A DNA stretch of 62,627 nucleotides, the filler included, from Candidatus Limnocylindrales bacterium (GTDB taxonomy: Bacteria; Moduliflexota; Moduliflexia; Moduliflexales; JAUQPW01): assembly GCA_035559535.1 (NCBI GenBank). It is 5 parts of 5 records of this genome, joined end to end, with 100 filler letters (N's around TTAATTAATTAA, not from the genome) between each part and the next. Parts side by side here need not be neighbours in the genome. Positions count along the whole stretch, not along the records: positions 1 to 15,138 come from DATMBG010000001.1; positions 15,239 to 20,344 come from DATMBG010000005.1; 3 more parts are not named here. One strand, written 5' to 3'. Position 1 is the stretch's first letter. Each line of letters opens with the position of its first letter. Positions 9,473 through 19,124 of this stretch are shown in pieces. The notes under the pieces were generated by a model, which saw only the letters and a program-made list of their open reading frames with translations, searched no databases and was not told where the DNA came from. A program made the translations under genes and the position numbers.

Positions 9473-9694
9473 ATGTTTGTTTGCTTATGCAAGGGGATTA
9501 CAGAATCACGCGTACGAGAGTTTGGTCGATCTGGAATCGTAACTCCAGACGAAATTGCTTCTGCACTGGGTATTGATGACGAGAGTTGCTGTGGACGATG
9601 TATGCGGAATATAGAATCCTTTGTAAGTCTTGCCATCAGTGCGTGGAATATGGCCGTTACCTGCCCGACTCAAGATCCTGATTGCCTGAAATAG
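9473..9694 (+). CDS. bfd: bacterioferritin-associated [2Fe-2S] ferredoxin
   Basis: MFVCLCKGIT...CCGRC; directly upstream of bfr; GGAGG RBS. Confidence 0.88.
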   Translation: MFVCLCKGITESRVREFGRSGIVTPDEIASALGIDDESCCGRCMRNIESFVSLAISAWNMAVTCPTQDPDCLK

Positions 9695-9805
9695 TAGCTT
9701 TTTCTCCCGGATGAAACTACTTGACAGAAGTTGCTGACCAGGCCTAAAGTTAGGAACACAAGGAAACAAAGGCATTTTATTTCCCATTAAGGATAGGAGG
9801 CTACT

Positions 9806-10276
9806 ATGAAGGCAAAAGAGGGAGTCATTAACTTTCTAAATAATGCCTTAACCAATGAATTGACGGCGATCAATCAATACTTTATCCATGCACAGATGTG
9901 TAAACACTGGGGATATGAACGGCTTTATCATAAACATCGTGAGGAAGCTATTGAAGAAATGAAACATGCAGAAGAACTCATCGACCATATTCTTTATCTC
10001 GAAGGTGTTCCCAATATGCAACGACTGGGCACCGTCAGTGTGGGTGAAACGGTTCTAGAACAACTCAACTTGGATTTAAAACTCGAACAAGATTCGGTTA
10101 CCTTACTGAATACCGCCATTGCCCATTGTGCCAGTGTAAGTGATAACACAACCCGATATAAACTCGAGAAAATCCTGAGAAGCAGTGAAGAGCACATCGA
10201 TTGGATTGAAACTCAGCTCGCGACCATCCAGCAGATTGGGTTGGAGAATTATCTCACAGAACAGATTAAGAAATAG
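9806..10276 (+). CDS. bfr: bacterioferritin
   Basis: NELTAINQYFIH, EEMKHA (heme ligand Met52), EEHIDWIETQL; GGAGG RBS. Confidence 0.96.
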   Translation: MKAKEGVINFLNNALTNELTAINQYFIHAQMCKHWGYERLYHKHREEAIEEMKHAEELIDHILYLEGVPNMQRLGTVSVGETVLEQLNLDLKLEQDSVTLLNTAIAHCASVSDNTTRYKLEKILRSSEEHIDWIETQLATIQQIGLENYLTEQIKK

Positions 10277-10329
10277 AATTTCCAGATTGAAGGAGATAAG
10301 GGGAAAGGGAAGCTGAAACAAAACCAACC

Positions 10330-10917
10330 ATGCTTAAAACCTATGTGGCCCCAACTTCTCGGCTAAACCGGCCATTTTTCCGAAATCTAAGGGGGATACT
10401 CCTCCTGGTCTTTATGGGAGTAAGTCCTTCTTCAGTGGCCGGAGAGCTGATCAGCCGGGAAGAGGCCCTGGCTTTGGTTTTTCCGGGTGCCGAGTTTAAA
10501 GCTGAAAGGATTTTTCTCACAGAACAACAAAGAAAAGAAGCAGCTAATCTGGCCGGTACAGAGGTACCGAACGCCTTAATTGCCCGTTATCTGGCCCTTA
10601 AAGAAGGTAACCTAATCGGTTATGCCTATGTGGATACCCACACCGTAAGAACGAAGAAAGAGAGCTTGCTCATTTCCCTGGATGAAAAAGGGAGGGTCAA
10701 GCGGGTGGAAGTCATTGTCTTTATGGAACCCCGGGAGTATCAGGCTCCTCCAGAATGGTACAGGCAATATCAGGGTAAATCCTTGGATGAAGAATTAAAC
10801 CTGCAGCGGGCCATTCATCCTCTGGCCGGGGCTACACTCACCTCCATCGCAGCCAATCAAGCTGTACGGCGAGTGCTTGCCATCCATCAGGTTCTCCAAG
10901 GGGATATTCATCCATGA
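10330..10917 (+). CDS. exported FMN-binding (flavinylated) protein
   Basis: Signal-like segment; C-terminal LAGATLTS resembles the [S/T]GA[S/T] ApbE flavinylation motif; next to apbE. Confidence 0.8.
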   Translation: MLKTYVAPTSRLNRPFFRNLRGILLLVFMGVSPSSVAGELISREEALALVFPGAEFKAERIFLTEQQRKEAANLAGTEVPNALIARYLALKEGNLIGYAYVDTHTVRTKKESLLISLDEKGRVKRVEVIVFMEPREYQAPPEWYRQYQGKSLDEELNLQRAIHPLAGATLTSIAANQAVRRVLAIHQVLQGDIHP

Positions 10918-11387
10918 ATCGCTGGGAAACCCGGTTACTCCATGTACTGACCGGAGTGGTGACTATAACGGGAATTGTTTATTTCTGGATGAAGTATCTC
11001 ATGGAGACCGAGGATCCCTTTCAGGTGATTAACCATCCCTGGCAGCCTTTCATGTTAAAGAGCCATATTTTGGTAGCTCCCGCATTGATCTTTGCGGTGG
11101 GACTGATTACCAAATCTCATATTTTGAGGAAATTAAATACCACCCGGGTGAACCGGTTCTCTGGAGGGTTGGCCCTTTTTTCTTTCCCCTGTATGGTGAT
11201 CTCGGGTTATTTATTGCAGGTAGTTACCGATGAAATCGGTTCTCGAATTGTTTTGGTCCTGCACCTGGGAACCGGCGTCCTTTTTGCCGGTGCTTATCTG
11301 ATCCATCAGATGATAACTTTCCGCTCATGGATGAAGCGCATAAAGCAACGCAGAGTACGTCGTTTGGTCATTCAAGGGAAAGAATAG
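10914..11387 (+). CDS. four-TM His-rich membrane protein, putative cytochrome b (DUF4405-like)
   Basis: Four hydrophobic helices with intramembrane His (LLHV, KSHIL x2, VLHLG, LIHQ); ATGA overlap with the upstream gene. Confidence 0.65.
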   Translation: MNRWETRLLHVLTGVVTITGIVYFWMKYLMETEDPFQVINHPWQPFMLKSHILVAPALIFAVGLITKSHILRKLNTTRVNRFSGGLALFSFPCMVISGYLLQVVTDEIGSRIVLVLHLGTGVLFAGAYLIHQMITFRSWMKRIKQRRVRRLVIQGKE

Positions 11388-11594
11388 GGATCCCTGGGGG
11401 ATCTGTTGCGTAGTATCTTTTTTACCAAATTGATCCTTTTCCTGGCATCTCCGAGGAATAAACTTTTTGAGAGTCACAGATAGGATGAGCGGTTAAATTG
11501 CCTTATACGAAGGGTGATTTCTAAATCTATTTCAACTCCCGAATAATTGCAAAAAGCTATTCCAGAACCCCCTGGAGTAAAATCTTACCCGATC

Positions 11595-12635
11595 ATGAAA
11601 AAAGCTATTATTTTTTTAGTCCTTGGTCTGTTTCTGGTTTCTCCGATTATAGGATCAACTTTTTTAGTTGATCCTGACTGGGTGGAAGTCACACGGCAGG
11701 TTTATCTGATGGGAACCCTTTGCACACTTACCACCTATTCCCCCCACCGACAAAGTGGACTCCAGCAACTAGAGGTTTTTCTGGATATCCTTGAAAAAAC
11801 CGAACAAGAATTAAGCACCTGGCGCCCGGATAGCACTTTAAGTCGTTTAAATCGACAGCCTTTGCAGGTTCCCTTTGTAGTCGATAAATCCCTATGCCGC
11901 CTCTTTACGGAGCTTGTGTTTTGGCAACAGGCTACCGGATCTACCTTTGATCCGGCTATTGGGCCGCTTCTGGAAGCATGGGGAGTTCACAAAGGAGGAC
12001 AATGGCCTCGACCAGAGGTTTTGGAAGCGGCACGGGAGCGGTCCGGAATGGGTTATCTCAGGTTTGATCCCTCCCTATGTCAGATTACCCGAGAACGGGA
12101 GGTAACCCTCGATACCGGTGCTTTCGGTAAGGGTGAAGCCCTGGATCGGGTCTTCCGTTATACCCTGGCCCATGGCTCTACTCCCTGGTTGATTGATTTA
12201 GGAGGACAGGTAATGGTGTACGGTCAGCCGCCGAGAGCTACTTCCTGGAAAGTGGACCTTGCCCATCCCCAACAGCGAGATCAACCCCTATTAACCCTGA
12301 ATATGACCTCTGGCTCCTTGTCCACCAGTGCCGGGTCAGAGAGAGACTCCTACGTAAACGGACGACGCATCGGGCATATTCTGGATCCTCGCACAGGTCG
12401 TCCCGCCGATTTCACAGGTTCCGTAACCGTGTGGCACGAACAGGCTCTGGTCGCCGATATCCTTTCCACAGCTCTTTACGTCATGGGACCTAAAGAAGGA
12501 CTCCCCTGGGCTGAGGCCAGGAATTTAGCCGTCTGTTTTTTTACGATCCAAAATGGAAAAGTTGAGATTCAGGCCAGTCAGGCTTTTAAACAGCGTTTTC
12601 AACTAAATAAGATTAATCTACATTTTATAAAGTAG
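11595..12635 (+). CDS. apbE: FAD:protein FMN transferase
   Basis: LMGT, FDPAIGPL, LDTGAFGKG, DLGGQ, GHILDPRTG, ADILSTAL. Confidence 0.92.
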   Translation: MKKAIIFLVLGLFLVSPIIGSTFLVDPDWVEVTRQVYLMGTLCTLTTYSPHRQSGLQQLEVFLDILEKTEQELSTWRPDSTLSRLNRQPLQVPFVVDKSLCRLFTELVFWQQATGSTFDPAIGPLLEAWGVHKGGQWPRPEVLEAARERSGMGYLRFDPSLCQITREREVTLDTGAFGKGEALDRVFRYTLAHGSTPWLIDLGGQVMVYGQPPRATSWKVDLAHPQQRDQPLLTLNMTSGSLSTSAGSERDSYVNGRRIGHILDPRTGRPADFTGSVTVWHEQALVADILSTALYVMGPKEGLPWAEARNLAVCFFTIQNGKVEIQASQAFKQRFQLNKINLHFIK

Positions 12636-12660
12636 GAGTGAGTTTGAAATCTGCCCCTAT
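12632..12660. repeat. GTAG-type REP-like palindrome
   Basis: GTAGGAGTGAGTTTGAAATCTGCCCCTAT at the end of apbE. Confidence 0.5.
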
Positions 12661-12791
12661 ATAAGGACCGCACCCTTATCCTCTGGAGATATAATTTCCT
12701 TCGGCAGACAAGATAAGTAGAAAATCCCCCAAAAGAAAATAAAGCTTTACTTAAATCTGGAAGGTACTTCAAAAACACACCGGCTTAGCTT

Positions 12792-13418
12792 TTAAGGAGG
12801 AGTTGTTTTAAGATAATCCCCCCGTACATAACCAACGACTCCGTTGGGAAGCCGTACTTTATACCAGGTAGCCTTAGGATCCTGATTTTTGGATGCGTTT
12901 TTTTTAGACTCTTCATCTTCCAACAACTGAACTTTTTCACCTTTTAGGAGGGTGGCTACGATTCTAGAATTAGTTCCTCGACCTTCCCGAACATTCAGAT
13001 GTCCTGATCTGATGTTTACATAAGCTTCTCCAATGACCTTTTCATCCCCAGATATCGGTTGCCCGGTTTGACCGGGAGAACTGGGTTGCCCGGGTTGAGA
13101 TTTAGCTACATCTGTAGGACTTGTTCGCCTTAGAAGAGCACTGTTAATATAACCCACCTCGCCGTTGGGAAGTTGAACCTTATACCAGTTATCGGATTTT
13201 TCTAACACCTGGAGCTTTTCTCCTTGATTCACCGTACCAATTACTTTATTGGCTTCCCCTTTACCTGCAAAAACCGTTAACTGACCTGAAGGTGTATCGA
13301 CCCGAATCTCTTCTAAAACTTTTTCTTTATGCCGAAAAAAGAAAAACCAGACAGTAATCCACAAGAAAATAAAAAGGAGCAGGGCAATCACTATAGCAAG
13401 TCCACGTCGTGTTAACAT
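12792..13418 (-). CDS. membrane-anchored protein with tandem bacterial SH3 domains
   Basis: N-terminal TM; two SH3b-like repeats (WYKVQLPNGEVGYI / WYKVRLPNGVVGYV) separated by a Pro/Gln/Ser linker. Confidence 0.82.
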   Translation of the reverse strand: MLTRRGLAIVIALLLFIFLWITVWFFFFRHKEKVLEEIRVDTPSGQLTVFAGKGEANKVIGTVNQGEKLQVLEKSDNWYKVQLPNGEVGYINSALLRRTSPTDVAKSQPGQPSSPGQTGQPISGDEKVIGEAYVNIRSGHLNVREGRGTNSRIVATLLKGEKVQLLEDEESKKNASKNQDPKATWYKVRLPNGVVGYVRGDYLKTTPP

Positions 13419-13764
13419 AATTCATTCAAGTTCTTTCGACTATCGATATAAGGGAATTTAAAATATCCTTCCCATCTCATTTTCGTAAGTATTATATTGT
13501 AATATGGTTTAAAATGGTATAAGAGATAAGGATATTTTAAACCAATTCTTTTACCCAGTATATACAAGATATAAAATTCTGTCAATAAAAGTTTTATCCT
13601 GAGAAATGAATCTTTTTCCACAAGGAATGATAACTTAATAAGGGTTCTAGAGGATAGACGGGATAGAACCTGGCTTTACAGTAGGTTTGATCCATTAAGC
13701 CTGGAAATATAAAACTTAACTTTTAGTATTTAACTCAAACTACGACAGCGAAAGGGAAGCATGT

Positions 13765-13959
13765 ATGGAAGAACGTGATGAGAGACTCTGTAAGATCCTA
13801 GAACAATTCACAGAAATGGAGCAAAATATCCTATGGTTGGCGCTGGGATCTTATCTGAAAAGTGCCCCGGATCTTGAAGAAAACGACAGGATCATTATCC
13901 AACGTATGATGGCTTCTTTGATGGAAATCGAGAAAGATACCGAAGAGACGAACCCGTAA
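13765..13959 (+). CDS. small hypothetical protein
   Basis: 64-aa acidic helical ORF with a purine-rich RBS, co-oriented with the next gene. Confidence 0.55.
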   Translation: MEERDERLCKILEQFTEMEQNILWLALGSYLKSAPDLEENDRIIIQRMMASLMEIEKDTEETNP

Positions 13960-13981
13960 AAACACTCGATATTATAAATAT

Positions 13982-14812
13982 ATGGGTTATCCTTTAGAGG
14001 TTACAGACGATGTGGGAAGGCTTGTTTATTTAGAAAAACCCCCCGAGAGAATCATTTCTCTGGTTCCAAGTATTACAGAAATCCTGTTTGCCTTTGGAGT
14101 GGGAGATCGGATCGTTGGAGTTACCGACTATTGTACGGAGCCTGAAAAAGAAGTAGCCCAAAAAGAAAAAGTAGGTGGCACCAAGAAACCTCGTAGAGAA
14201 AAAATTCTTAAACTGCGTCCAGATCTGGTGATTATGAATGCTGAAGAGAACAGAAAAGAGGACGCTGAATATCTAAAAGATCACGGCATAATCTTCTATG
14301 TGACATTTCCAAGAACGGTAGCACAAAGCCTCAAGATGATGTGGAACCTGGCCCAATTGACCGGATCTTTGGAAAATGCAGAAAAGATCCTCCGACCCAT
14401 CGAGAGGCTCTATCAACAAACCTTACAACGTGTACAGAGAAGTTCTTTGATAAAAGTATTTTGTCCCATCTGGAAGATGCCCTACATGTCTTTCAATACC
14501 GATACCTACATCGATAACTTGATTACCCTCTGTGGGGGCCAGAATATTTTTAAAGATAAGGCAGAGCGCTATTTTAAAGTAACTTTAGAGGAGGTGGTCC
14601 AAAGAAATCCAGATGTTATCTTGCTACCTGATGAACCTTATAAATTCTCCGAAGTAGACCTGGAGGATTTTCAACCCTTCCCAGAAGTATCCGCCGTCAA
14701 GATGCGCCAAATTTATCTGATCGATGGTAAACTCCTCTCCTGGTATGGGCCCCGAATGAAAGAAGGGGTTTTGAAACTCCAGGAGTTATTCTCAAAAATT
14801 CCTTCCCTTTAG
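13982..14812 (+). CDS. BtuF-like helical-backbone metal/cobalamin-binding protein
   Basis: RIISLVPSITE, VGVTDYC, VGGTK, PDLVI, LLSWYGPR. Confidence 0.85.
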   Translation: MGYPLEVTDDVGRLVYLEKPPERIISLVPSITEILFAFGVGDRIVGVTDYCTEPEKEVAQKEKVGGTKKPRREKILKLRPDLVIMNAEENRKEDAEYLKDHGIIFYVTFPRTVAQSLKMMWNLAQLTGSLENAEKILRPIERLYQQTLQRVQRSSLIKVFCPIWKMPYMSFNTDTYIDNLITLCGGQNIFKDKAERYFKVTLEEVVQRNPDVILLPDEPYKFSEVDLEDFQPFPEVSAVKMRQIYLIDGKLLSWYGPRMKEGVLKLQELFSKIPSL

Positions 14813-14962
14813 TATAGGAGAGGAAAGAAGGCCTACGCATCAGGCTAACTTTCAGAACCCCAACGGAGTAACCTCTCTGCAGCCCTGGCGATAGCCAGCA
14901 GGAAGTATCTATCCCCAACCTTCCTCAATCCCGGTAGGGCCATCTGTTTATAAAATCTTTAA

Positions 14963-15138
14963 TAACTATTGGTGCTAGTTTTTTAAATTGAAAGAGCCAT
15001 GCAGGCTCTCCAATATTATCAACAAAAACTCTTTTTCACTCATTTGGAGGTAACCTGCATGACTACCATAGAGTTTATCACCGAATTGTTCTGTCGGGTA
15101 GATGATCAGATGAAAAATATTCCCAAACATCCCCTGGC
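14963..15138 (+). mobile_element. left end of IS982-like insertion sequence with the start of its transposase
   Basis: Terminal IR TAACTATTGGTGCTAGTT; GGAGG RBS then MTTIEFITELFCRVDDQMKNIPKHPL; near-identical copy at 20445-20585. Confidence 0.75.
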
Positions 15139-15238
15139 NNNNNNNNNNNNNNNNNNNNNNNNNNNNNNNNNNNNNNNNNNNNTTAATTAATTAANNNNNN
15201 NNNNNNNNNNNNNNNNNNNNNNNNNNNNNNNNNNNNNN
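15139..15238. other. artificial contig linker
   Basis: 44 N + TTAATTAATTAA (stops in all six frames) + 44 N. Confidence 0.97.
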
Positions 15239-15458
15239 CCGAATGCTGATTGAGAGCGTGTTTTCGATGTTGACTTTGGTCAGTCATTTCAAAAAAGTGA
15301 TGCATCGGGTTTGGGAATACTTTCAGGCTCGTTTGGCTTTTACCATGGCTATGTTCAACGTGCTGGTCCAATGGGATGGCTTGCAAGTTAATGACGATGG
15401 CTTCGTGCCGCTTTCTATAGCCAGATTCAGTCTTTAAACTAATTAGCACCAATGGTTA
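15239..15458 (+). mobile_element. right end of IS982-like IS with the transposase C-terminus
   Basis: MLIESVFSMLTLVSHFKKVMHRVWEYFQARLAFTMAMFN; terminal IR AATTAGCACCAATGGTTA (15441-15458) complements the left IR at 16/18 positions. Confidence 0.75.
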
Positions 15459-15477
15459 CTAGTTCAAAATGGTTCCT

Positions 15478-16224
15478 TTATTCTGCAAAGTCACCGGGTC
15501 GATTGATACGACTATAGGGCACCATCCGCACCCCTCCTGCTTCTCCTACTGTCTTGGCTGTCGGATGAATATTCATGGCTACAATCACCATCTCCACTTC
15601 TTCCTTTAACGTCGCACGGATAGCTTGAAGCTTGTTGACCACCTTTTGTGCTTCACTCCCACGTATTGTCGTTCGACATTCAACCAACACCATGACCGGC
15701 CTTCCAGCCCGCTGGCCCACACCTGCCAGATCTACTTCTTCTACCTGTCCGTTGCCTAAATCAAAGTAGCGTCGCTCTAATTCAAGTCTGGAGATACCCA
15801 GATGTTTTTCCAGGTAAGGTGGTAACAAAGCAGCAACAAACTCCTCTAGATCGAAGCCGAAACGATTAACCAGGTTCCCTATCGCCTGATGCAATTCACG
15901 GAATCCAATCTCGACCACTTGACTGAGACGAGCCAAATTCTCGTCCGTTCGCTGTTGCGCCTCGGCCAGTTCAATCACACGCTGATCTAAGATCCCGAGC
16001 CGCTCCTCGGTCCGTCGCTGCGCCTCGGCCAGTTCGGCCATATGACCGGTCAATTTGTGGACCTCGGTAGTTAACGCAGTCAGTCCCTGTTTCAATTCCT
16101 TGGTATCAGTCGCTCGCTCCAACTCCGCTCGCTGAAGATCCTCCAGAATATCGGCTAAGGCAGTTGCCTGAGCGGGCGAAAAAACCTGTGCTAATTTCTC
16201 TTCTGTTTGTTTTCGGGTTAGCAT
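15478..16224 (-). CDS. coiled-coil (ELAEAQ repeat) protein with C-terminal PD-(D/E)XK-like domain (DUF3782-like)
   Basis: ELAEAQRRTEE / ELAEAQQRTDE repeats; GFDLEE...EEVDL...LVECR. Confidence 0.7.
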   Translation of the reverse strand: MLTRKQTEEKLAQVFSPAQATALADILEDLQRAELERATDTKELKQGLTALTTEVHKLTGHMAELAEAQRRTEERLGILDQRVIELAEAQQRTDENLARLSQVVEIGFRELHQAIGNLVNRFGFDLEEFVAALLPPYLEKHLGISRLELERRYFDLGNGQVEEVDLAGVGQRAGRPVMVLVECRTTIRGSEAQKVVNKLQAIRATLKEEVEMVIVAMNIHPTAKTVGEAGGVRMVPYSRINRPGDFAE

Positions 16225-16816
16225 AATGAATCGATTATCTTTTGTTTAATGAAACTAATTTTTTTATATTTTAAAGCCAAATCTCCTGGGATGCTAAGAA
16301 AATTTTCGGTTTACTTTTTCTGCTTATTTCTTCAACCTATTCCATTGACTCCTGTTGAACCTCATTCAGTCCAAGCTAGGGATATACAATTTCTAGTATA
16401 ACTTCGTAATCCAACAGAATGGGAACCGAACTCTCATCCTGTAAACCAGAAAATCTCTTACTAATTTATGCACAAATGCCCAACCTCTGTATCTTACAAA
16501 ACGTTATACCAAGTTACCTTCCCCGGTTGGCTTTACGTCCCTGTTTGGCTCTTTATTACCAATCGATTCCTACCCCGGATGATAAAGCACCTCCAAACCT
16601 GTCATAAGGACTGGCCTGACCCCCGAGACCATTGTAACCCGGGCGCTAAATCTAATCATCTAATCCATTATGTCCTCAAACGAGGACGTTTAAGCTACCT
16701 ATATTTTCTTTTTGAATTCCTTTATAGGTAGGGATAAAAAGTAGGTTAAACGTTCTGATTTGACCTAGGAAGTTGGTTTTTATTTTCGGCGTTTCGAGTA
16801 GATATTTAATCGTATT

Positions 16817-17750
16817 CTATCGCCAGTCCCCCTCCAACATAAACGGGGCCCAGAAAAACGGATGCCCATACAATAAGGAGACCCTCTCATCTTGTTTGAT
16901 TTTATCTCCTTCTTCTGCCTCATCACGGCCTGTTTTGCTTCCTGTAGCACTTTTACCTTGCTCATTCCCTTTTTCACCTTCCCATAGAATTCTCTCATCA
17001 ATTCCGCCGTTAACTCATCATTCACACGCCACAAACTGACCATCACCGAGGGAGGCCCCGCATACATAAAGGCTCGGGTGAGTCCGATCACTCCTTCTCC
17101 TTTTTTCAACTCTCCTAACCCCGTTTCACAAGCACTGAGAGTTATGAGATCTACAGACAATTCCAGGTTGAAGATCTCATAGACTTGCAAGAACCCATCC
17201 CAAAATGCTATTCCCGAATACATAGCATGTTGTGAATCCAACAGCCCGTGGGTCGACAGGTGTATATAGCGATAGTTTCTGGACCGATTCCTCAGAACCA
17301 CTTTGGTTGCCTTCTCTGCCAGCATATACTCCGCGATATTTTGTGCTAAAAGATTCTCTTTAGCTTTACTTCTTCCAGCTTTACTCCGTATCTCTTCGAA
17401 AAGGTCTATGGCTTGTTGGTATCGGGTAACGGCTTCTGCCCAGGCTCCCTGTCGTTCGTGCAAATAACCCAGGTTGGCAAGGTTTATCTCTTCTACCGCT
17501 TTATCTCCGATTTCCTGGCTGATTTTCAAGGCTTCTTGATAATAACTCAGGGCCTTCTGGTAATCCCCCATCGAATCGTAAATCGTCCCCAGGTTGTTCA
17601 GGCTCATTCCCTCTCTCTGTTTATCTGCGATTTCTTTATTGAGGTTCAAAGCGCGCTGGAAATAATTCAGTGCCTTCGAATAATTCCAGGTTGCGTAGTA
17701 AACTGCTTCCAGGGTGTTCAGAGTCGTTCCTTCCCCCTGTTTATCTGCAC
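16817..17750 (-). pseudogene. decayed TPR + CHAT (caspase-like) protein
   Basis: TPRs (SLNNLGTIYDSMGDYQKALSYYQEAL); HLSTHG and LSACETG motifs; N-terminal part of CHAT missing; C-terminal HPFFWAPF lies in another frame. Confidence 0.8.
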
Positions 17751-18150
17751 AATACCTGGTCGGACCAACGGGCCATGCGTCGTACAGATAAAGCCCAAAT
17801 GGTATCCACCAGATGAGGTCATTGGTCAGGCAAAGGATGATCGTTGTAATAGGCCATTCTCCACTCCCTATCAGCTTCGCAAGGCCGATGGGACCCGGCA
17901 CCTTTCCTATAAGGCCAACCACCACCAACCGGCCTCGTTCCAGAACCCAGGCTACTTCCAGATAGAGGACCCGTAGAGTCCAATCACCATACCCAGGCAG
18001 GCGAATATTTGAGGATAGTTCTGTAACGGCCTATTTGCGAACTGGAACAGCCATTGTGGGGCCTAGAGCCGAAAACAAACCCCACCCCAGGTTGTAGAGG
18101 CCGGCCATGATAAAAACTACGCGATGGAACTTCCGTCGTGGAATCAGGAT
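17751..18150 (-). pseudogene. frameshifted small membrane protein
   Basis: AGLYNLGWG / QWLFQFA..NYPQIFACLGMVIGLYG / LYLEVA..GLIGKVPGPIG..NDLIWWIPF are spread over different frames. Confidence 0.65.
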
Positions 18151-18156
18151 TGAACT

Positions 18157-18888
18157 TCATAGCTGCTTTTTGATCCTTTCGGCCCGTTTATCCGGGGCCG
18201 GATGGGTTGAGAGGAAGCTCTGACTCCCGCCTAACTCGGCCAACTTTTTAAGGGCAGAAACCGCACTTTCGGCCTTGTATCCGTGTTTCTTCAGGAACTT
18301 TAAACCATAATCGTCTGCTTCCTTTTCTTCGCTCTGGGAAAACTGGGCATTAATGAGTTTTTCGGTAAACCCGCCTAACTCTGAGGTGGCCAGAGAGCCT
18401 ATTACCCCTTCTTTTAAGGCTACTCCCTTTCTTACGGCTGAGGTGGTATAAGCTACCCGAAGGGCCTTTTTGGTATGCCCCTTGGCCACATGACCGATCT
18501 CATGGCCTATCACGAAGAGCAATTCGTTATCATCCATTTTGTCCATGAGCCCACTGTAAACACGAACGGTTCCGTCTGCCATGGCAAAAGCATTGATATC
18601 GGGAGTCAGATAAACCTTAAAATTCAAAGTCATTCCGTCTTCATTTACGTGTTTATCCGTGAGCTTTTTTAAGCGCTGGGCATATTTATCAGGAGGAGCT
18701 AAAACCTTGTTTTGTGAATCTGCGTAATCAGCCGCCTGCCTGGCCATGTTTTTTACATCGTCATCCGAAAGTGTTACCGCTTTGACCGCATCCTTTCCTG
18801 AATTAAGAATACCACCTAGGTCGATGGCATTACCATCCTGGGAAATTAAAAAGATAAAAACGAAGCCGGTGATTGCGATTTTTCTCAT
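18157..18888 (-). CDS. M48 family zinc metalloprotease (LoiP/YggG-like)
   Basis: INAFAMADG, HEIGH, EKEADDYG, STHP; signal peptide; AAGGAG RBS before the ATG at 18888. Confidence 0.9.
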   Translation of the reverse strand: MRKIAITGFVFIFLISQDGNAIDLGGILNSGKDAVKAVTLSDDDVKNMARQAADYADSQNKVLAPPDKYAQRLKKLTDKHVNEDGMTLNFKVYLTPDINAFAMADGTVRVYSGLMDKMDDNELLFVIGHEIGHVAKGHTKKALRVAYTTSAVRKGVALKEGVIGSLATSELGGFTEKLINAQFSQSEEKEADDYGLKFLKKHGYKAESAVSALKKLAELGGSQSFLSTHPAPDKRAERIKKQL

Positions 18889-18904
18889 AATATTCTCCTT
18901 TCCA

Positions 18905-18955
18905 CCCCTCATCCTCCCCCCAACGGGGAGAGGGGAGGGTGAGGGAGGGGGGGGG
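18905..18955. repeat. CCCCTCACCC/GGGAGAGGG-type palindromic repeat
   Basis: C-rich/G-rich inverted arms; relatives at about 20297, 26034, 38408, 38680 and 59233. Confidence 0.6.
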
Positions 18956-19124
18956 TTTAGATTTTGTGAGCTATTTAACTATGGAGCGATAAATAATGTC
19001 AATCCTTTTATCCCTTAAAACTTACCCCCATTCCTGTTGAATCCATCTCCTAACCAGGCCGATAGGGATCCAGACCCTTTCTCCTTGTTCAGATACCAGG
19101 AGGTTTTGTTTTAGTGAAGCCAGG

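Noticed and set aside
15183-15194. TTAATTAATTAA occurring four times within N runs
   Set aside because: Artificial all-frame-stop linker; adjacency across it is not biological evidence
16780-17928. Novel membrane-TPR-CHAT defence protein
   Set aside because: Frameshifts at both ends and missing internal segments indicate a chimeric pseudogene
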